From Myxococcales bacterium (GTDB taxonomy: Bacteria; Myxococcota_A; Polyangia; Polyangiales; Polyangiaceae): a DNA stretch of 64,000 bases. The notes beneath the pieces were generated by a model, which saw only the letters and a program-made list of their open reading frames with translations, ran no database searches and was not told where the DNA came from. Location: NCBI GenBank assembly GCA_043747615.1, contig JAYTOU010000016.1, forward strand, positions 1 to 64,000. Reading direction: 5' to 3'. The first letter of the stretch is position 1. Every line of letters begins with the position of its first letter. Below, in pieces: positions 1 to 10,300 of the stretch. A program made the translations under genes and the position numbers.

Positions 1-82
1 GCGTCGTCTTCCCGTGGTCGATGTGACCAATGGTGCCAACGTTGACGTGAAGCTTGTTCCGGTTGAATTTTTCTTTCGCCAT
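1..82 (-). CDS. tuf: Elongation factor Tu, 5' end only (runs off window)
   Basis: Reverse complement from ATG at 82 reads [27 protein letters not shown], the EF-Tu N-terminus with the GHxDHGKT P-loop; lies directly downstream of the Thr-Tyr-Gly-Thr tRNA cluster. Confidence 0.98.
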   Translation of the reverse strand, partial: MAKEKFNRNKLHVNVGTIGHIDHGKTT

Positions 83-137
83 GACGAGTGTCTCCTGAAG
101 AAGAGCGTGCTTATTTTTTGAAGGGGTTAGGGCCTTG

Positions 138-209
<72 letters not shown>

Positions 210-263
210 AATTCTCGAGTCGAGTGAGGCGTGTTCCTTGAGGACGGGACGTTTTTTTCAGAG

Positions 264-336
264 AGCGGGAGACCGGATTCGAACCGGCGACGTTCAGCTT
301 GGAAGGCTGACGCTCTACCAACTGAGCTACTCCCGC
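264..336 (-). tRNA. tRNA-Gly(TCC)
   Basis: Revcomp GCGGGAGTAGCTCAGTTGGTAGAGCGTCAGCCTTCCAAGCTGAACGTCGCCGGTTCGAATCCGGTCTCCCGCT; TCC anticodon; no encoded CCA. Confidence 0.96.
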
Positions 337-461
337 ACGGGGGATGCAGACGATGCGCACTACTGAAGAAGAAGCAAGCGAGGCAAAGAATTCCAATGAA
401 CAAGAGGACAAGCGAAACGAAGAAAGACGAGGCTAAAAGTGCCTCCAGGCGGGTGACCACC

Positions 462-546
462 TGGTGGAGGGTGATGGATTCGAACCATCGAAGGCATAGC
501 CGGCAGATTTACAGTCTGCTCCCTTTGGCCGCTCGGGCAACCCTCC
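462..546 (-). tRNA. tRNA-Tyr(GTA)
   Basis: Revcomp GGAGGGTTGCCCGAGCGGCCAAAGGGAGCAGACTGTAAATCTGCCGGCTATGCCTTCGATGGTTCGAATCCATCACCCTCCACCA; long variable arm, GTA anticodon, CCA encoded. Confidence 0.97.
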
Positions 547-640
547 AGAATTATTGATGTATTTTCGACTCAACTCTATGTGAGGACTCTTCCGTACTAG
601 GTGATGTCCGAAACCGATTCGTATTTGAGTGATTTCCGAG

Positions 641-713
641 AGCTAGCGAGGGGACTTGAACCCCTAACCACCTGTTTACAAAACAGGTGCTCTGCCAATT
701 GAGCTACGCCAGC
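641..713 (-). tRNA. tRNA-Thr(TGT)
   Basis: Revcomp GCTGGCGTAGCTCAATTGGCAGAGCACCTGTTTTGTAAACAGGTGGTTAGGGGTTCAAGTCCCCTCGCTAGCT; TGT anticodon; no encoded CCA. Confidence 0.96.
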
Positions 714-814
714 AAGTCAGCGGGCATTCGGGGGGAGCACGCTAGCTCATGAGAGGTCCACCCGCAAGCAGTCCGCGTGCAAGAGGGACGCCAGGGGCCA
801 ACGGCAGGTGCGCA

Positions 815-843
815 CGGGTAGCGCGAGGTGGTTATGGAGTCAA
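815..843 (-). promoter_or_regulatory. Candidate sigma-70 promoter of the tRNA-tuf operon
   Basis: Minus strand TTGACT-17 nt-TACCCG about 100 nt upstream of the first tRNA; the -10 match is weak. Confidence 0.4.
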
Positions 844-978
844 GCGGGGACGTTCTCATTTCGGGGGAGCCCTCGCGCACTCCGCCTCGGAAAAGCGAGC
901 CTTTTCGGGTTTCCTCGGTTACGCGCCCTTCGGAAGACGTGCAGCTCAAGCGCCTGGCGGGGGACCGTGATCGCGCGA

Positions 979-2196
979 CTACCGGAAGCGGTCCGTAGGC
1001 CTGTAGGGCTTTTCGCTGGGTTTTTGGCCTGGCTTCGAAGTCGCTTTTTTTTCCATGATGTCGAGGGCTTTTTGAAGCTCCTCCTCAGTGAACGGGTAGC
1101 GCGCGATGACCGCCCGCTCGTCGAGAAGGGCGATCTCCATTTCAGCCTTTGCGGCCTCCGCGCGGCGCACCCAGGCCGATGAATCCGTTTGGCTTTCGCC
1201 CATGGCTACCGTGCGGGTCATCATCTCGAGCCCCTTTTCGAGAAGCACCCGGTAGCGCACGTGCATGATGCCGAAGAAGATCTGCTTTTGGTAGTCGCTC
1301 TTCGCTTGATCTGTTGGAGGGATGGCCATTAGGTCGCGGTGGAGCGAGCGGTACATCTCGCCAACGCGGTAGCTGCTCATCGCGATCCAATGGGGATCGA
1401 CGGAACGCATCGCGTCAGCGTACGAGCTCTGTGCGTCAAGAAGGCCCTGGGCGCGCATCTCGATCTTCAGAAGGAAGTCGGCCGGCACGACGCCAGGATG
1501 ATCGACGTTCACGAACGTGATGCGCTCCGATCTCACGCGACGGATTTCGCCGAGGGCAAAGCGGAGCTCGGCGGCGGCCGGGGGGAGCCTACCGCTGGTG
1601 CCGAATTGCGCAGCCTCCGCAATGTCGAGCCCATCCCCAATGTCGCGCGATGCGCCGATGTCGTCGCCTGCTTCGATTTTCGAAAGCCCCCGAGCGGCGA
1701 GACCCGACATGCGATCGATCTCGTCGAGATCGCTTCGGAGAAGAAGAATGTTTGCGACGGTGCCGAGTGGGCCCCACTCCTCGAGGTACGCTTCCATCGC
1801 CGCGCCGCGCAAAAGTGCAGTTCGCGCGAGGGCGCCCTCCGGAAATCGCGAGGCCACCTCGAGGTACCGGTCGCGCGATTTTGCCTGTTTTCCAAGGCCT
1901 TCGTAGGCGACGCCGAGATCGAAGATCGCCATCGGGACGAGCTTGGCGTCGGGCCCGGAGGCGACGAGGGTCTCGAAAATTTCCGCCGCGTCTTTCCATT
2001 TTTGCTCGAGCAGCGCGCGCTCGCCGCGAAGCATCAGCTCCGCTTCCGTCCCTGCGATCGACGGCGAGATGATCTGCGTCTTCACGTCGAGACGGGTCGG
2101 CGGAGCGGCGACAGGCGCTGGGGGGCGAGACGCACATCCGGCGCACACCGCAAGAGACGCGAAAAAGACGAGGAGCGAGCGTTCCAGCGACATCAC
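979..2196 (-). CDS. TPR-repeat lipoprotein (BamD/YbgF-like helical repeats)
   Basis: Signal peptide with lipobox (CAGC), TPR-like segments such as AIFDLGVAYEGLGKQAKSRDRYLEVASRFP. Confidence 0.75.
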   Translation of the reverse strand: MMSLERSLLVFFASLAVCAGCASRPPAPVAAPPTRLDVKTQIISPSIAGTEAELMLRGERALLEQKWKDAAEIFETLVASGPDAKLVPMAIFDLGVAYEGLGKQAKSRDRYLEVASRFPEGALARTALLRGAAMEAYLEEWGPLGTVANILLLRSDLDEIDRMSGLAARGLSKIEAGDDIGASRDIGDGLDIAEAAQFGTSGRLPPAAAELRFALGEIRRVRSERITFVNVDHPGVVPADFLLKIEMRAQGLLDAQSSYADAMRSVDPHWIAMSSYRVGEMYRSLHRDLMAIPPTDQAKSDYQKQIFFGIMHVRYRVLLEKGLEMMTRTVAMGESQTDSSAWVRRAEAAKAEMEIALLDERAVIARYPFTEEELQKALDIMEKKATSKPGQKPSEKPYRPTDRFR

Positions 2197-2382
2197 GAAT
2201 TTTTAGTGTACCCGCTGGAGACAAAAGTTCCGCCGCCGCAACCCTCCGGATCTTCTCGGGTGGGAATGAACTCACCTTCGCCAATGCTCTTAGAGGGCAG
2301 GCGATTTCCCACTCACCTGAACATTCGGGCGCGTTGACCCCGCGCGGATCCCGCATAAGGTTTTTCGAGGTCAGGAGGTTTC

Positions 2383-2562
2383 ATGACGATGACATCGCTA
2401 ACGGATCTCGAGGCTCGCCACCGCACGCTTGATCTGCAGATCAAGAAGCTAGATCGCCGTGGCATGCACATGACGCCGCATGAACAGCTGAGAGCAATGG
2501 AGCTGAAAAAGCTTCGCCTCGCGACGAAGGACGAGCTCTTTTCGTTCCGCAAAACGACCTAG
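2383..2562 (+). CDS. Small DUF465/YdcH-family coiled-coil protein (59 aa, absent from ORF track)
   Basis: AGGAGG RBS at 2373-2378; MTMTSLTDLEARHRTLDLQIKKLDRRGMHMTPHEQLRAMELKKLRLATKDELFSFRKTT matches the H..LD..I...LKK.RL..KD pattern. Confidence 0.85.
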   Translation: MTMTSLTDLEARHRTLDLQIKKLDRRGMHMTPHEQLRAMELKKLRLATKDELFSFRKTT

Positions 2563-2602
2563 GCGATCTTCGGGGCAGTTGCCGCGCGATAGACACGCGC
2601 AT

Positions 2603-3115
2603 TTAGGGCACGTCCGGAGCTTTCTTCGCAGGTGCGTCCTTCGCAGGTGCATCTGGAGAGGTCGCGGGCGCACCAGCAGTCGCCGACGGGAGAGGAGGAG
2701 TGGCAGCAGGGACATCGCCAGCGCGCTGCTTGATGTTCGAGAGCGAGCCGATGCCGCTCGCATACACTTCGTCGTTGAGCGCCGTGAGCGCTTCTTCCAT
2801 GCGCGGCTTCCACTCGCCATGGAGCGTGCCCGGTGACTGATCCTCCATGGCCTTGGCGAGCGCGAGCCAGTGGCGCGCGTCTGCTTTGTAGCCGATGCGA
2901 AAATCGGTCATCCCCCGCAGGTACGAATACTCCGCGCGCTCCTGCGGCGTGAGATGAGAGGTATCGGTCTCGAGCATTCGGAAGATCGCTAGCGCTTGCT
3001 CGTGCGAGTTCGCTTCGTACGCGCGCTGACCTCGCTCGAGATCCTCGTGGTATGTCGCGCAGCCCGCTAAGGCCACCGCGCCGAGAGAAAGAACGACGAC
3101 GAGAGCGCTCCGCAT
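2603..3115 (-). CDS. Lipoprotein with TPR-like helices
   Basis: Lipobox LAGC after hydrophobic stretch; helical repeat AEYSYLRGMTDFRIGYKADARHWL. Confidence 0.75.
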   Translation of the reverse strand: MRSALVVVLSLGAVALAGCATYHEDLERGQRAYEANSHEQALAIFRMLETDTSHLTPQERAEYSYLRGMTDFRIGYKADARHWLALAKAMEDQSPGTLHGEWKPRMEEALTALNDEVYASGIGSLSNIKQRAGDVPAATPPLPSATAGAPATSPDAPAKDAPAKKAPDVP

Positions 3116-3163
3116 GACGACGAGTCTAACCGACCTTGGGGAAGGTGTGTCGCGTCATGAACA

Positions 3164-4495
3164 TCACGCAAGGTCACGGCGGACACGACGGCGAATCAAG
3201 GCAAGCAGCGCAAAAAGCCCGATGCCCACGGAGGCGACCGAGGACGATGGCGCTCCGAGCGCGCGGCACGCACAGGGCGAAGCAGGCGTGCTCGTCTTCT
3301 TTTCGGAAACCGAATCGCCAGGCGGCGCCCCTGCGGCAACGGTGTCGACGTGCTTCTTGTCGCAGTCCCACTCTCCCGCTTTGAGAAAGCCGCATGTCTC
3401 GATCACGGTGCCGTCGGGTCGTTTCGCGCTGAAGCCCATGTGCGTCGGGCTCACGTCGGCGAGAATGAAATGATAGGTGGGCTCGACGTGCCGTGTGCTC
3501 GGAAGCGGCGCTCGCACCCTGTAGAGCGGCGCTCCGCCTCCGCCGGAGACGAGGTACTTCAGACCCTTCTCCTCGCCGCGCTCGTAGATGTGATCGTGAC
3601 CGCTGATCACGAGGTCGATCTTGTGCTCCCGAAAGAGCTCGTTGAGCCCGCCGCTGCTGAAGCGCGGGTTGTTTCCATGAGGCCCCGAGGAGAACGACCC
3701 CTGATGCGACACGATGATCCGCCACACGACCCCGGGCTCTTTGTCGACGCGTGCGAGCTCTTCTTTCAACCAGTCGCGCGCGGCCCCCGAGACAAAAGCG
3801 TCCATCCCGTTCAGGAAGAGGATGCGCGTGTTTTCCCATCGCACCGAGCGGTAGAGGCGGCGGACGTCGGTGGCCCCTATGGGCGCACTGTCGGGCCCGA
3901 AGTAGCGAAGGAAGTTGCTCCCCGCTTCCTCTAGGAGCTCATGGTTGCCGATCGCTACGAAGACGCAGCGGTCGCGCAGCAGCCCTTTTTCGATCTCGAA
4001 AAACGACTGCCACTGAGCGGCGAAGTTGCCGTCCTCGACGAGGTCGCCTGTGTTGACGAGAAAGTCGCTCGGCACGAGCGTCATGGCGCGCACCACCGAG
4101 GCGTGCGTCGTGTCGTCGGTGCGATTGTCACCGTAGATGAGGAAGGAGAACGCGCTCGCCGACGTATCGGAAGGGGCTGTGGTGAAGGCTCCCTCGTCAC
4201 TCGAATCCTGGCCCGCCTTCACGCGGTAGCGGTAACGCGTCTGCGGACTGAGTCCTCCCATGCGAATCAAGTGGAATGCGACCGTCGGGTCGTCCCGAAA
4301 AGTCTGGGGCTTTTCCCCGTCAGTGAAGACCTCGACACTGACGCTGCTCGGCGGATCCACCTCGACACGTACCGAAGCGCTCGACGGCCCGACGTCTTGC
4401 AAATACGGCCCTTTGCGCATTTTCGCGGCATGGGCGGGCGTCGCCGACGCTGCAAGCGCGACAAAGGTAACGACAATTCCTACAGTAAGGTGCAT
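3164..4495 (-). CDS. Purple acid phosphatase-like metallophosphoesterase with FN3 domain and MYXO-CTERM-like tail
   Basis: Motifs YGD, TGDLV, GNHE, SGHDHIYER; signal peptide; C-terminal CAC...hydrophobic helix...RRR. Confidence 0.9.
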   Translation of the reverse strand: MHLTVGIVVTFVALAASATPAHAAKMRKGPYLQDVGPSSASVRVEVDPPSSVSVEVFTDGEKPQTFRDDPTVAFHLIRMGGLSPQTRYRYRVKAGQDSSDEGAFTTAPSDTSASAFSFLIYGDNRTDDTTHASVVRAMTLVPSDFLVNTGDLVEDGNFAAQWQSFFEIEKGLLRDRCVFVAIGNHELLEEAGSNFLRYFGPDSAPIGATDVRRLYRSVRWENTRILFLNGMDAFVSGAARDWLKEELARVDKEPGVVWRIIVSHQGSFSSGPHGNNPRFSSGGLNELFREHKIDLVISGHDHIYERGEEKGLKYLVSGGGGAPLYRVRAPLPSTRHVEPTYHFILADVSPTHMGFSAKRPDGTVIETCGFLKAGEWDCDKKHVDTVAAGAPPGDSVSEKKTSTPASPCACRALGAPSSSVASVGIGLFALLALIRRRVRRDLA

Positions 4496-4523
4496 TGACC
4501 GGCTATTGCCCCCAGACTACGAT
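4495..4523 (+). promoter_or_regulatory. Candidate sigma-70 promoter for the Ser/Thr kinase gene
   Basis: TTGACC (4495-4500)-17 nt-TACGAT (4518-4523), then GAGGGG RBS before ATG 4568. Confidence 0.55.
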
Positions 4524-4567
4524 TTACCCAAGGTTATGGCTTTGACGTCTCGCCATTTCGAGGGGAC

Positions 4568-6577
4568 ATGAGGAGTAGCATCGTCCCTCCGCCGCTCTCT
4601 GGGGGCGCCATCGCTCCGCGCAATCATCCGAGCGATCCTCGCGCCGACGGCCTTCCGATGCGCTTCGGGAAGTACACGCTCTTGCGCAAACTGGCGACGG
4701 GCGGAATGGCAGAGCTCTTTCTGGCGATCCAGCGGAGCGTGGCTGGGTTCGAGAAGCTGATCGTCATCAAGCGGATCCTGCCGCAGATGAATATGGATCG
4801 CGCCTTTATCGACATGCTCCTCCACGAGGCCCGCATCGCGGCAACCCTCTCCCATCCGAACATCGTCCAAATCTTCGACGTTGGGCAAGTGGACGGCACG
4901 TACTTCATCGCGATGGAGCACGTCCACGGCGAGGACATTCGCTCCATCGTTCGGCAAATGAAGGTGAAGGGGTACCCGGAGTTTCCGGCAGAGCACGCGC
5001 TCGGGATCATCCTCGGGGTCTGCGCGGGGCTTGCCTACGCCCACGAAAAGAGCGAGCTCGACGGGTCCGCGCTGAACATCGTTCACCGCGATATTTCACC
5101 GCAGAACGTAGTGATCACTTTTTCGGGAGACGTGAAAATCGTCGATTTCGGAATCGCCAAGAGCGACCAGAAGCTCAACACCGAGACCAAGAGCGGAAAG
5201 CTCAAAGGCAAGGTCCCGTACATGTCCCCCGAGCAGGCGCGGGGCGAGCGGATCGATGCGCGAAGCGACATCTTTGCGACGGGCGTGATGCTCTTCGAGC
5301 TCACCACGGGCAAGCGTCTCTTCAAAGGGCAGAGCGAGTTCGAGACGCTCAAGCTCATCTGCGAGCGCGAGTATCCGAAGCCCACCGCCGTTCGTCCCGG
5401 TTACCCCGAGGCGCTCGAGCGCATCGTGATGAAGGCCCTCGAGAAGGATCGCGACAAGAGATTCCAGACCGCGCGGGAGATGCAGCAGGCGCTCGAGGAT
5501 TTCGTCCGACACGAGCGCATTCCGGTGAGCACGATCGCGCTGCAGCAGTTCATGCAGACGCTCTTCGACGACATGCTTGCGGCTCAAAAAGAGGCGCTTC
5601 TGCAGGGGAAGGCGCTCGCGGACATCATCGAGCTCCAGCACCCGAGCCCTTCGTCGTCGGACGAAACGGGCCGCCCCTCGACCGGTCTGAGTATGCCCGC
5701 GGCGTCGCGGACGGTGACCGACGCCAACGCCAACCGCTTCGCTAAAAAATCGCGAGCGCCCCTCGCCATCGGAGGCCTCTTGGTGCTCGTCGCCGCGGGA
5801 GGAATCGCAGGCGGGCTCTTTTATTCGAAGCGCCAGCGGCCGCCGCCAGCGGTGGCGAACATTCTCCCTGCGCCACCGCCCGAAGTGCGAGGAGCGCTCA
5901 CGGTGACTAGCGAGCCGCCGGGCGCCGCGATCTGGCTAAACGGAGATCTTCGTTCGGAGGTGACACCGGCGACGATCGCTCAGCTTCCGCTCGGCAACGC
6001 GCTCGAGGTGAAGCTCACGAAGGACGGCTTCGAGGCCGAACGCCGCCCCGTTACGTTGACGGACAAGAATCCTACGGCCACGGTCGCGGCCACACTGAAG
6101 GCGGGATCGGTCGGAGTCGACATCAGCGTCAGCCCTCCAGGGACGGTCGTGGCTCTCGCGCTCGACGGAAAACGATTTCCGGGGTTGATGATCGAAGGGG
6201 TTTCCTCGGGTGATCAGCACAGACTGGTGGTGAGCGCACCAGGCTACGCGGACCAGTCGTTCACCTTCATCGGCGCGCCGCAGGAGAAAAAACACTTCGA
6301 CGTCGCTCTGCAAAAGGAGTCGCATCGTCATCGTGATCCGGCACCCGTCGGCTCCGATCCTTCACCGGTGGGCAACGGAAAGCTCAACGTCGGCGCCACG
6401 GGCGGGTGGTGCAACGTCACCGTCGACGGCCAAATGAAAGGCGCAACGCCAGTGGCCGGCCTCGCTCTGCCCGCAGGCCTGCACAAGCTCACCTGCACGC
6501 CCGCCGACGGAAAGGTGCAGTCTGCAACCGTCACGGTCCCGGTGGACGGCACCGCTCGGTATCGATTTACGCTTTAG
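4568..6577 (+). CDS. Membrane Ser/Thr protein kinase with extracytoplasmic PEGA domains
   Basis: GGMAE, VIKR, HRDISPQN, DFG, YMSPEQ; one TM helix; PEGA motif LTVTSEPPGAAIWLNG. Confidence 0.95.
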   Translation: MRSSIVPPPLSGGAIAPRNHPSDPRADGLPMRFGKYTLLRKLATGGMAELFLAIQRSVAGFEKLIVIKRILPQMNMDRAFIDMLLHEARIAATLSHPNIVQIFDVGQVDGTYFIAMEHVHGEDIRSIVRQMKVKGYPEFPAEHALGIILGVCAGLAYAHEKSELDGSALNIVHRDISPQNVVITFSGDVKIVDFGIAKSDQKLNTETKSGKLKGKVPYMSPEQARGERIDARSDIFATGVMLFELTTGKRLFKGQSEFETLKLICEREYPKPTAVRPGYPEALERIVMKALEKDRDKRFQTAREMQQALEDFVRHERIPVSTIALQQFMQTLFDDMLAAQKEALLQGKALADIIELQHPSPSSSDETGRPSTGLSMPAASRTVTDANANRFAKKSRAPLAIGGLLVLVAAGGIAGGLFYSKRQRPPPAVANILPAPPPEVRGALTVTSEPPGAAIWLNGDLRSEVTPATIAQLPLGNALEVKLTKDGFEAERRPVTLTDKNPTATVAATLKAGSVGVDISVSPPGTVVALALDGKRFPGLMIEGVSSGDQHRLVVSAPGYADQSFTFIGAPQEKKHFDVALQKESHRHRDPAPVGSDPSPVGNGKLNVGATGGWCNVTVDGQMKGATPVAGLALPAGLHKLTCTPADGKVQSATVTVPVDGTARYRFTL

Positions 6578-7241
6578 CTCGCCCTGCGGTCGACGACGTT
6601 GAAGCTTTTTTCGTGAAGCGAAATCGGTAGACCGGGAGGCCGTCTTCGATGGCGCGGTGCTCGCGCGGGCTGCGGGCGTCGTAGGGATTCTCGACGAGAG
6701 TCGCTTCGCCGGTGCGATCGCCGGCGGGCTCGAAGAGAGCGGAGTCCAGCACCTCGGTCTCGTATTGCGCGCCACGCTCGGAGACGTCGGTCTGGATGAA
6801 GAGCTCGCCACCCGGCTCGAGGAGACGCGCCGCTTCCTCGAGGAACGAGCGCCCCATCACCAATCTTTTCTGGTGCTTTTTCTTCCACCACGGGTCTGGA
6901 AAATGGAGAAAAATGCGGCGCACCACGCCGTCCGGCGAGAGGCGAGGGAGAGCATCTTTTGCGTCCTCGGCGAACACCCGCGCGCGCGCGCCGAAGCCCT
7001 GCTTTGCGAGGCGGGCGTCGACGATGGAGGCCCATTTTCGCCGCACTTCGAGACCGACAAGACCGGCGTTGGGCTCGGCGCGCGCACGCTCGAAGAGAAA
7101 GCCGCCCCTCCCCGGCCCGATCTCGAGCTCGAGCCATTGTCCCTTCACCAACGTCCGGACGTCGACCCGCTCGCCGTCGGGAAGCTTCGGCGCGTTGATG
7201 TACGGAGTGGGAGCCCGCTTGGATGGGAGCGCGTCAGGCAT
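6567..7241 (-). CDS. trmB: tRNA (guanine-N7)-methyltransferase
   Basis: LEIGPGRG SAM motif, HFPDPWWKKKHQKRL, FIQTDV. Confidence 0.93.
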   Translation of the reverse strand: MPDALPSKRAPTPYINAPKLPDGERVDVRTLVKGQWLELEIGPGRGGFLFERARAEPNAGLVGLEVRRKWASIVDARLAKQGFGARARVFAEDAKDALPRLSPDGVVRRIFLHFPDPWWKKKHQKRLVMGRSFLEEAARLLEPGGELFIQTDVSERGAQYETEVLDSALFEPAGDRTGEATLVENPYDARSPREHRAIEDGLPVYRFRFTKKASTSSTAGRAKA

Positions 7242-7304
7242 GAAGGTCTCGGGTCACGCGTCTCTCCTACCCGATCGCCAGATAACGCGCGACACTCCCG
7301 CGCG

Positions 7305-9314
7305 ATGAGCGTTCCGCCGAGAGCGAGAGCAAACGCGGGCCGGGTGGTCATCGCCGTCGTCACGCTCTTGCTTGCGAGGAGCGCGATCGCAGCGATCTAC
7401 GCGAGGCTCGGCCACCCCGGTGCGCTCCTCGACGACTCGTTCATTCACTTCCAGTACGCCCGCGCCATCGCCGAGCTGCATCCGCTCCGCTTTCAGGCGG
7501 GTGAGCCGCTCTCGACCGGCGCGACGAGCATTCTGTGGCCGGCGCTACTCGCTCCGTTTTATCTGATCGGTTTTCGCGATCTGTCGATCCTCTGGCCGGC
7601 CTGGGGCCTGTCGTTCGCTGCACTGGGGATGCTCGCACACGAGGCGCAGCTCCTCGCACGGCCTCTCGCAGGAAGAGCGGCGGCCATTGGAGCGGCGGCA
7701 ATGGTGCTCGCGTTTGGTGGCTTCCTTTGGTGCGCGGCAAGCGGGATGGAGGTCGTGCCGTTTGCGTGGGCACTCGCTCGTTCCATGCGTGCATCGTGCG
7801 AGTGGGTCGAGCCGCCTTTGGATCGATCGCACCGACGGTTCTGGGCCGTCGTGATCTTTGCGTGGGTCGCCGCGCTCTTTCGTCCGGAGGGTGCGGTAGT
7901 CGCTTTGGTCGCCGGAGTCGCGCTGATGACTGGCGCGCCAACGCTGCTCGCGAAGGCGAAGGCGCTCTTGCCCATTGCCTTGCCGCTCCTCGTTCCCGTC
8001 GCGCTCCGCGTGCTCGCAGGCAGCGCCCAGATGAACACAGCGGCGGTGAAGCTCCTCGTCAATAACCCTTATTACGTGGGCCCGGCGCTGCGAGAGGCCA
8101 TCGTGCAGAATGCACGCGTTTTCGTCGGCACCCTCTTGAACGGCGAGATCTGGTCGACCGAATTTCTTCCGACAGGGGCAGCGTGGGTGGCCCTTCTCGG
8201 CCTCGCATCCCTTCCTATCTGCGGGTGGCGACGCAAGCGGCGCTTCAGGGCGATCGCCATCGTGATCCTCGCGCTCATGATGATGATCCCGTGCACCTAC
8301 GTCACGTTCTTGTGGAATCGCCTGCGGTACTTGTGGCCGTTTGCGACGGGCTGGTTCATCGGTCTTGCTTGCCTCGCTCGTCTCCTGGGGGACACGCTTG
8401 TCGCGCTCGGGCCGCGCTGGCGGGTGGCGACGCCGATCGCCGTGGGTGTCTTCGTCGGCGCCTTCGCGGTTCGTCTCGACGGAGTGGTGGATGACATCGC
8501 CGGATCAGCAAGTGGGATCGACCGCCAGCATGTCGCTCTCGGGCGCTGGGCGAAAATGCACCTTCCGTCGAGCTCGCGGATCGGTCTCAACGACACTGGC
8601 GCCATCGCGTACGAGAGCGACCGTCGCACCTTCGACATCGTCGGCCTCACGACGAGCGGCGAAGGGCGCTACTGGGTCGCGGGCTCCGCGTCGCGCTTTG
8701 AGCACTACGAGCGCCTGGGGGCCTCGCAGCTTCCCACACACTTCATCGTTTACCGCGAATGGATGGCCTGCGACGCGATCCTCGGAGAGCTCCTCCACGA
8801 CGCGACCGTCCTCGACTCGACGATCCTCGGCGGGACCACGATGGGAGTGTACCGCGCAAGTTACGGCCTTCTGGGATCTGGCGAGCGACCGTGGACGGAG
8901 CTCGCTCCATGGCGCGACAGCGTCGATGTCGCCGATCTCGAGAGCGAGCGTGATCACGAGTACGACCTCGCCGGTGCACACGAGGGCGAGGAAATTTTTC
9001 GGCAAGGCGCGGCGCCGGGCGGGGTGCCTTTGGCCGACGGCGGACGAGGCTGGCGCAAGCGCGAGCGCTTCACGGTGGGCCTCAAGGAAGGGACCGAGTC
9101 GCACGCGATCCTTCGAGTGGAGGCGCCGCAGGCCATGAAGCTCCGCGTGATCGCGAACGGAGCCTCGCTGACCGACCTCGACGTACACGATGGCGAGTGG
9201 GCGGAGCTCGGGTTCACGATTCCAGCGAACGTGGCCACGGGACGGACGGTGATCGAGCTCCACGCCGTCCCAGAAACGGCGACCTTCACTACCTTCCACT
9301 ACTGGTTCTATTAA
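7305..9314 (+). CDS. Polytopic membrane protein, GT-C (lipid-linked glycosyltransferase)-like
   Basis: LDDSFIHFQYAR, SGMEV, RPEG, RY motifs, many TM helices, DTGAIAY...DIVGLT; start moved to ATG 7305 because the upstream part of the ORF overlaps trmB. Confidence 0.7.
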   Translation: MSVPPRARANAGRVVIAVVTLLLARSAIAAIYARLGHPGALLDDSFIHFQYARAIAELHPLRFQAGEPLSTGATSILWPALLAPFYLIGFRDLSILWPAWGLSFAALGMLAHEAQLLARPLAGRAAAIGAAAMVLAFGGFLWCAASGMEVVPFAWALARSMRASCEWVEPPLDRSHRRFWAVVIFAWVAALFRPEGAVVALVAGVALMTGAPTLLAKAKALLPIALPLLVPVALRVLAGSAQMNTAAVKLLVNNPYYVGPALREAIVQNARVFVGTLLNGEIWSTEFLPTGAAWVALLGLASLPICGWRRKRRFRAIAIVILALMMMIPCTYVTFLWNRLRYLWPFATGWFIGLACLARLLGDTLVALGPRWRVATPIAVGVFVGAFAVRLDGVVDDIAGSASGIDRQHVALGRWAKMHLPSSSRIGLNDTGAIAYESDRRTFDIVGLTTSGEGRYWVAGSASRFEHYERLGASQLPTHFIVYREWMACDAILGELLHDATVLDSTILGGTTMGVYRASYGLLGSGERPWTELAPWRDSVDVADLESERDHEYDLAGAHEGEEIFRQGAAPGGVPLADGGRGWRKRERFTVGLKEGTESHAILRVEAPQAMKLRVIANGASLTDLDVHDGEWAELGFTIPANVATGRTVIELHAVPETATFTTFHYWFY

Positions 9315-9337
9315 GTGTGGCACAATCGGGGTGCGCG

Positions 9338-10291
9338 ATGGCGTTCTCCGACTTCCTTCCCATCCTGACTTCCCGCGAGAAGCTGCTAGGTCTCGGCGCG
9401 CTCGCCACTTTTCTGGTGGTCGCCGAGAAGGTCCACACACGCGGGGTTCTGCGTCGCAGCGAGCGCCCCATGGCGGCGTTGGCGGTCGCGGGGGTCGTCG
9501 CGCTTCCATTCGTAACGGGAAGCGTGCTTTTGGGCTGCGCGATCATTGCGCTGTTCATTGCCGAGCGCCTCATTCCGCGCGTGAAGATCGATCTCCTCGG
9601 CGAGGAGTCGCGACTCAACGCCATTTACACCTTCGCGTTCGGCGCGATCGAGCCGTTCGCGTTCACGATCGTCTACGTGACCCTCTACGTGCCGTACCCT
9701 CAAACGTGGGGGCTGCGCGCGCACCACGTCCCGGTGTGGATGCAGGGGATCTTCGTTCTGCTCCTCCTCGATTTCATGAGGTACTGGAGGCACCGCTTTC
9801 AGCACCGCTACGACTGGTGGTGGAAGTTCCACGAGGTCCACCACTCCTCGCGCGAGATGAACTGGCTCGCAGGGGGGCGGGCGCACATCTTCGAAGGATT
9901 GGCCTTGGGGATCGGCCACAACGTTGTGATCTATCTCCTCGACGTGGACCTGCGTGCGCTCCTCTTTGGCTTTGCGTTGCCGTACACCGTGATCGCCTTC
10001 ATCTTCGCGCACGCCAATCTCGACTTTCCGCGGGCGGGTCGTCCCCTTCCCTGGTGGGCTTTCGTGATCACCACTCCGACGACGCACGCCGCGCATCACA
10101 GAGCGAACGCGGAACGTACCCTCTACTACGGCGCCATCTTGACGATCTGGGACGTGATGTTTGGAACGTTTGGCAAGAACGTCGAGGTGATCCGCGCGTT
10201 CGGAACGGACCCGGATTTCCCACACCGCGGCTTCCTCGAACAGCAGATGGAGCCTTTTCGAAAGCTCTTCGGATCGAAGCGCCCGCGCTAG
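9338..10291 (+). CDS. Sterol desaturase / fatty acid hydroxylase family protein
   Basis: His boxes HRFQH, HEVHH, HAN, HAAHH; YGAILTIWDVMFGT. Confidence 0.9.
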   Translation: MAFSDFLPILTSREKLLGLGALATFLVVAEKVHTRGVLRRSERPMAALAVAGVVALPFVTGSVLLGCAIIALFIAERLIPRVKIDLLGEESRLNAIYTFAFGAIEPFAFTIVYVTLYVPYPQTWGLRAHHVPVWMQGIFVLLLLDFMRYWRHRFQHRYDWWWKFHEVHHSSREMNWLAGGRAHIFEGLALGIGHNVVIYLLDVDLRALLFGFALPYTVIAFIFAHANLDFPRAGRPLPWWAFVITTPTTHAAHHRANAERTLYYGAILTIWDVMFGTFGKNVEVIRAFGTDPDFPHRGFLEQQMEPFRKLFGSKRPR

Positions 10292-10300
10292 GGACAACCC

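Noticed and set aside
6657..7304. N-terminal 216 aa of the 885-aa ORF
   Set aside because: Antisense to trmB; the real gene most likely starts at ATG 7305
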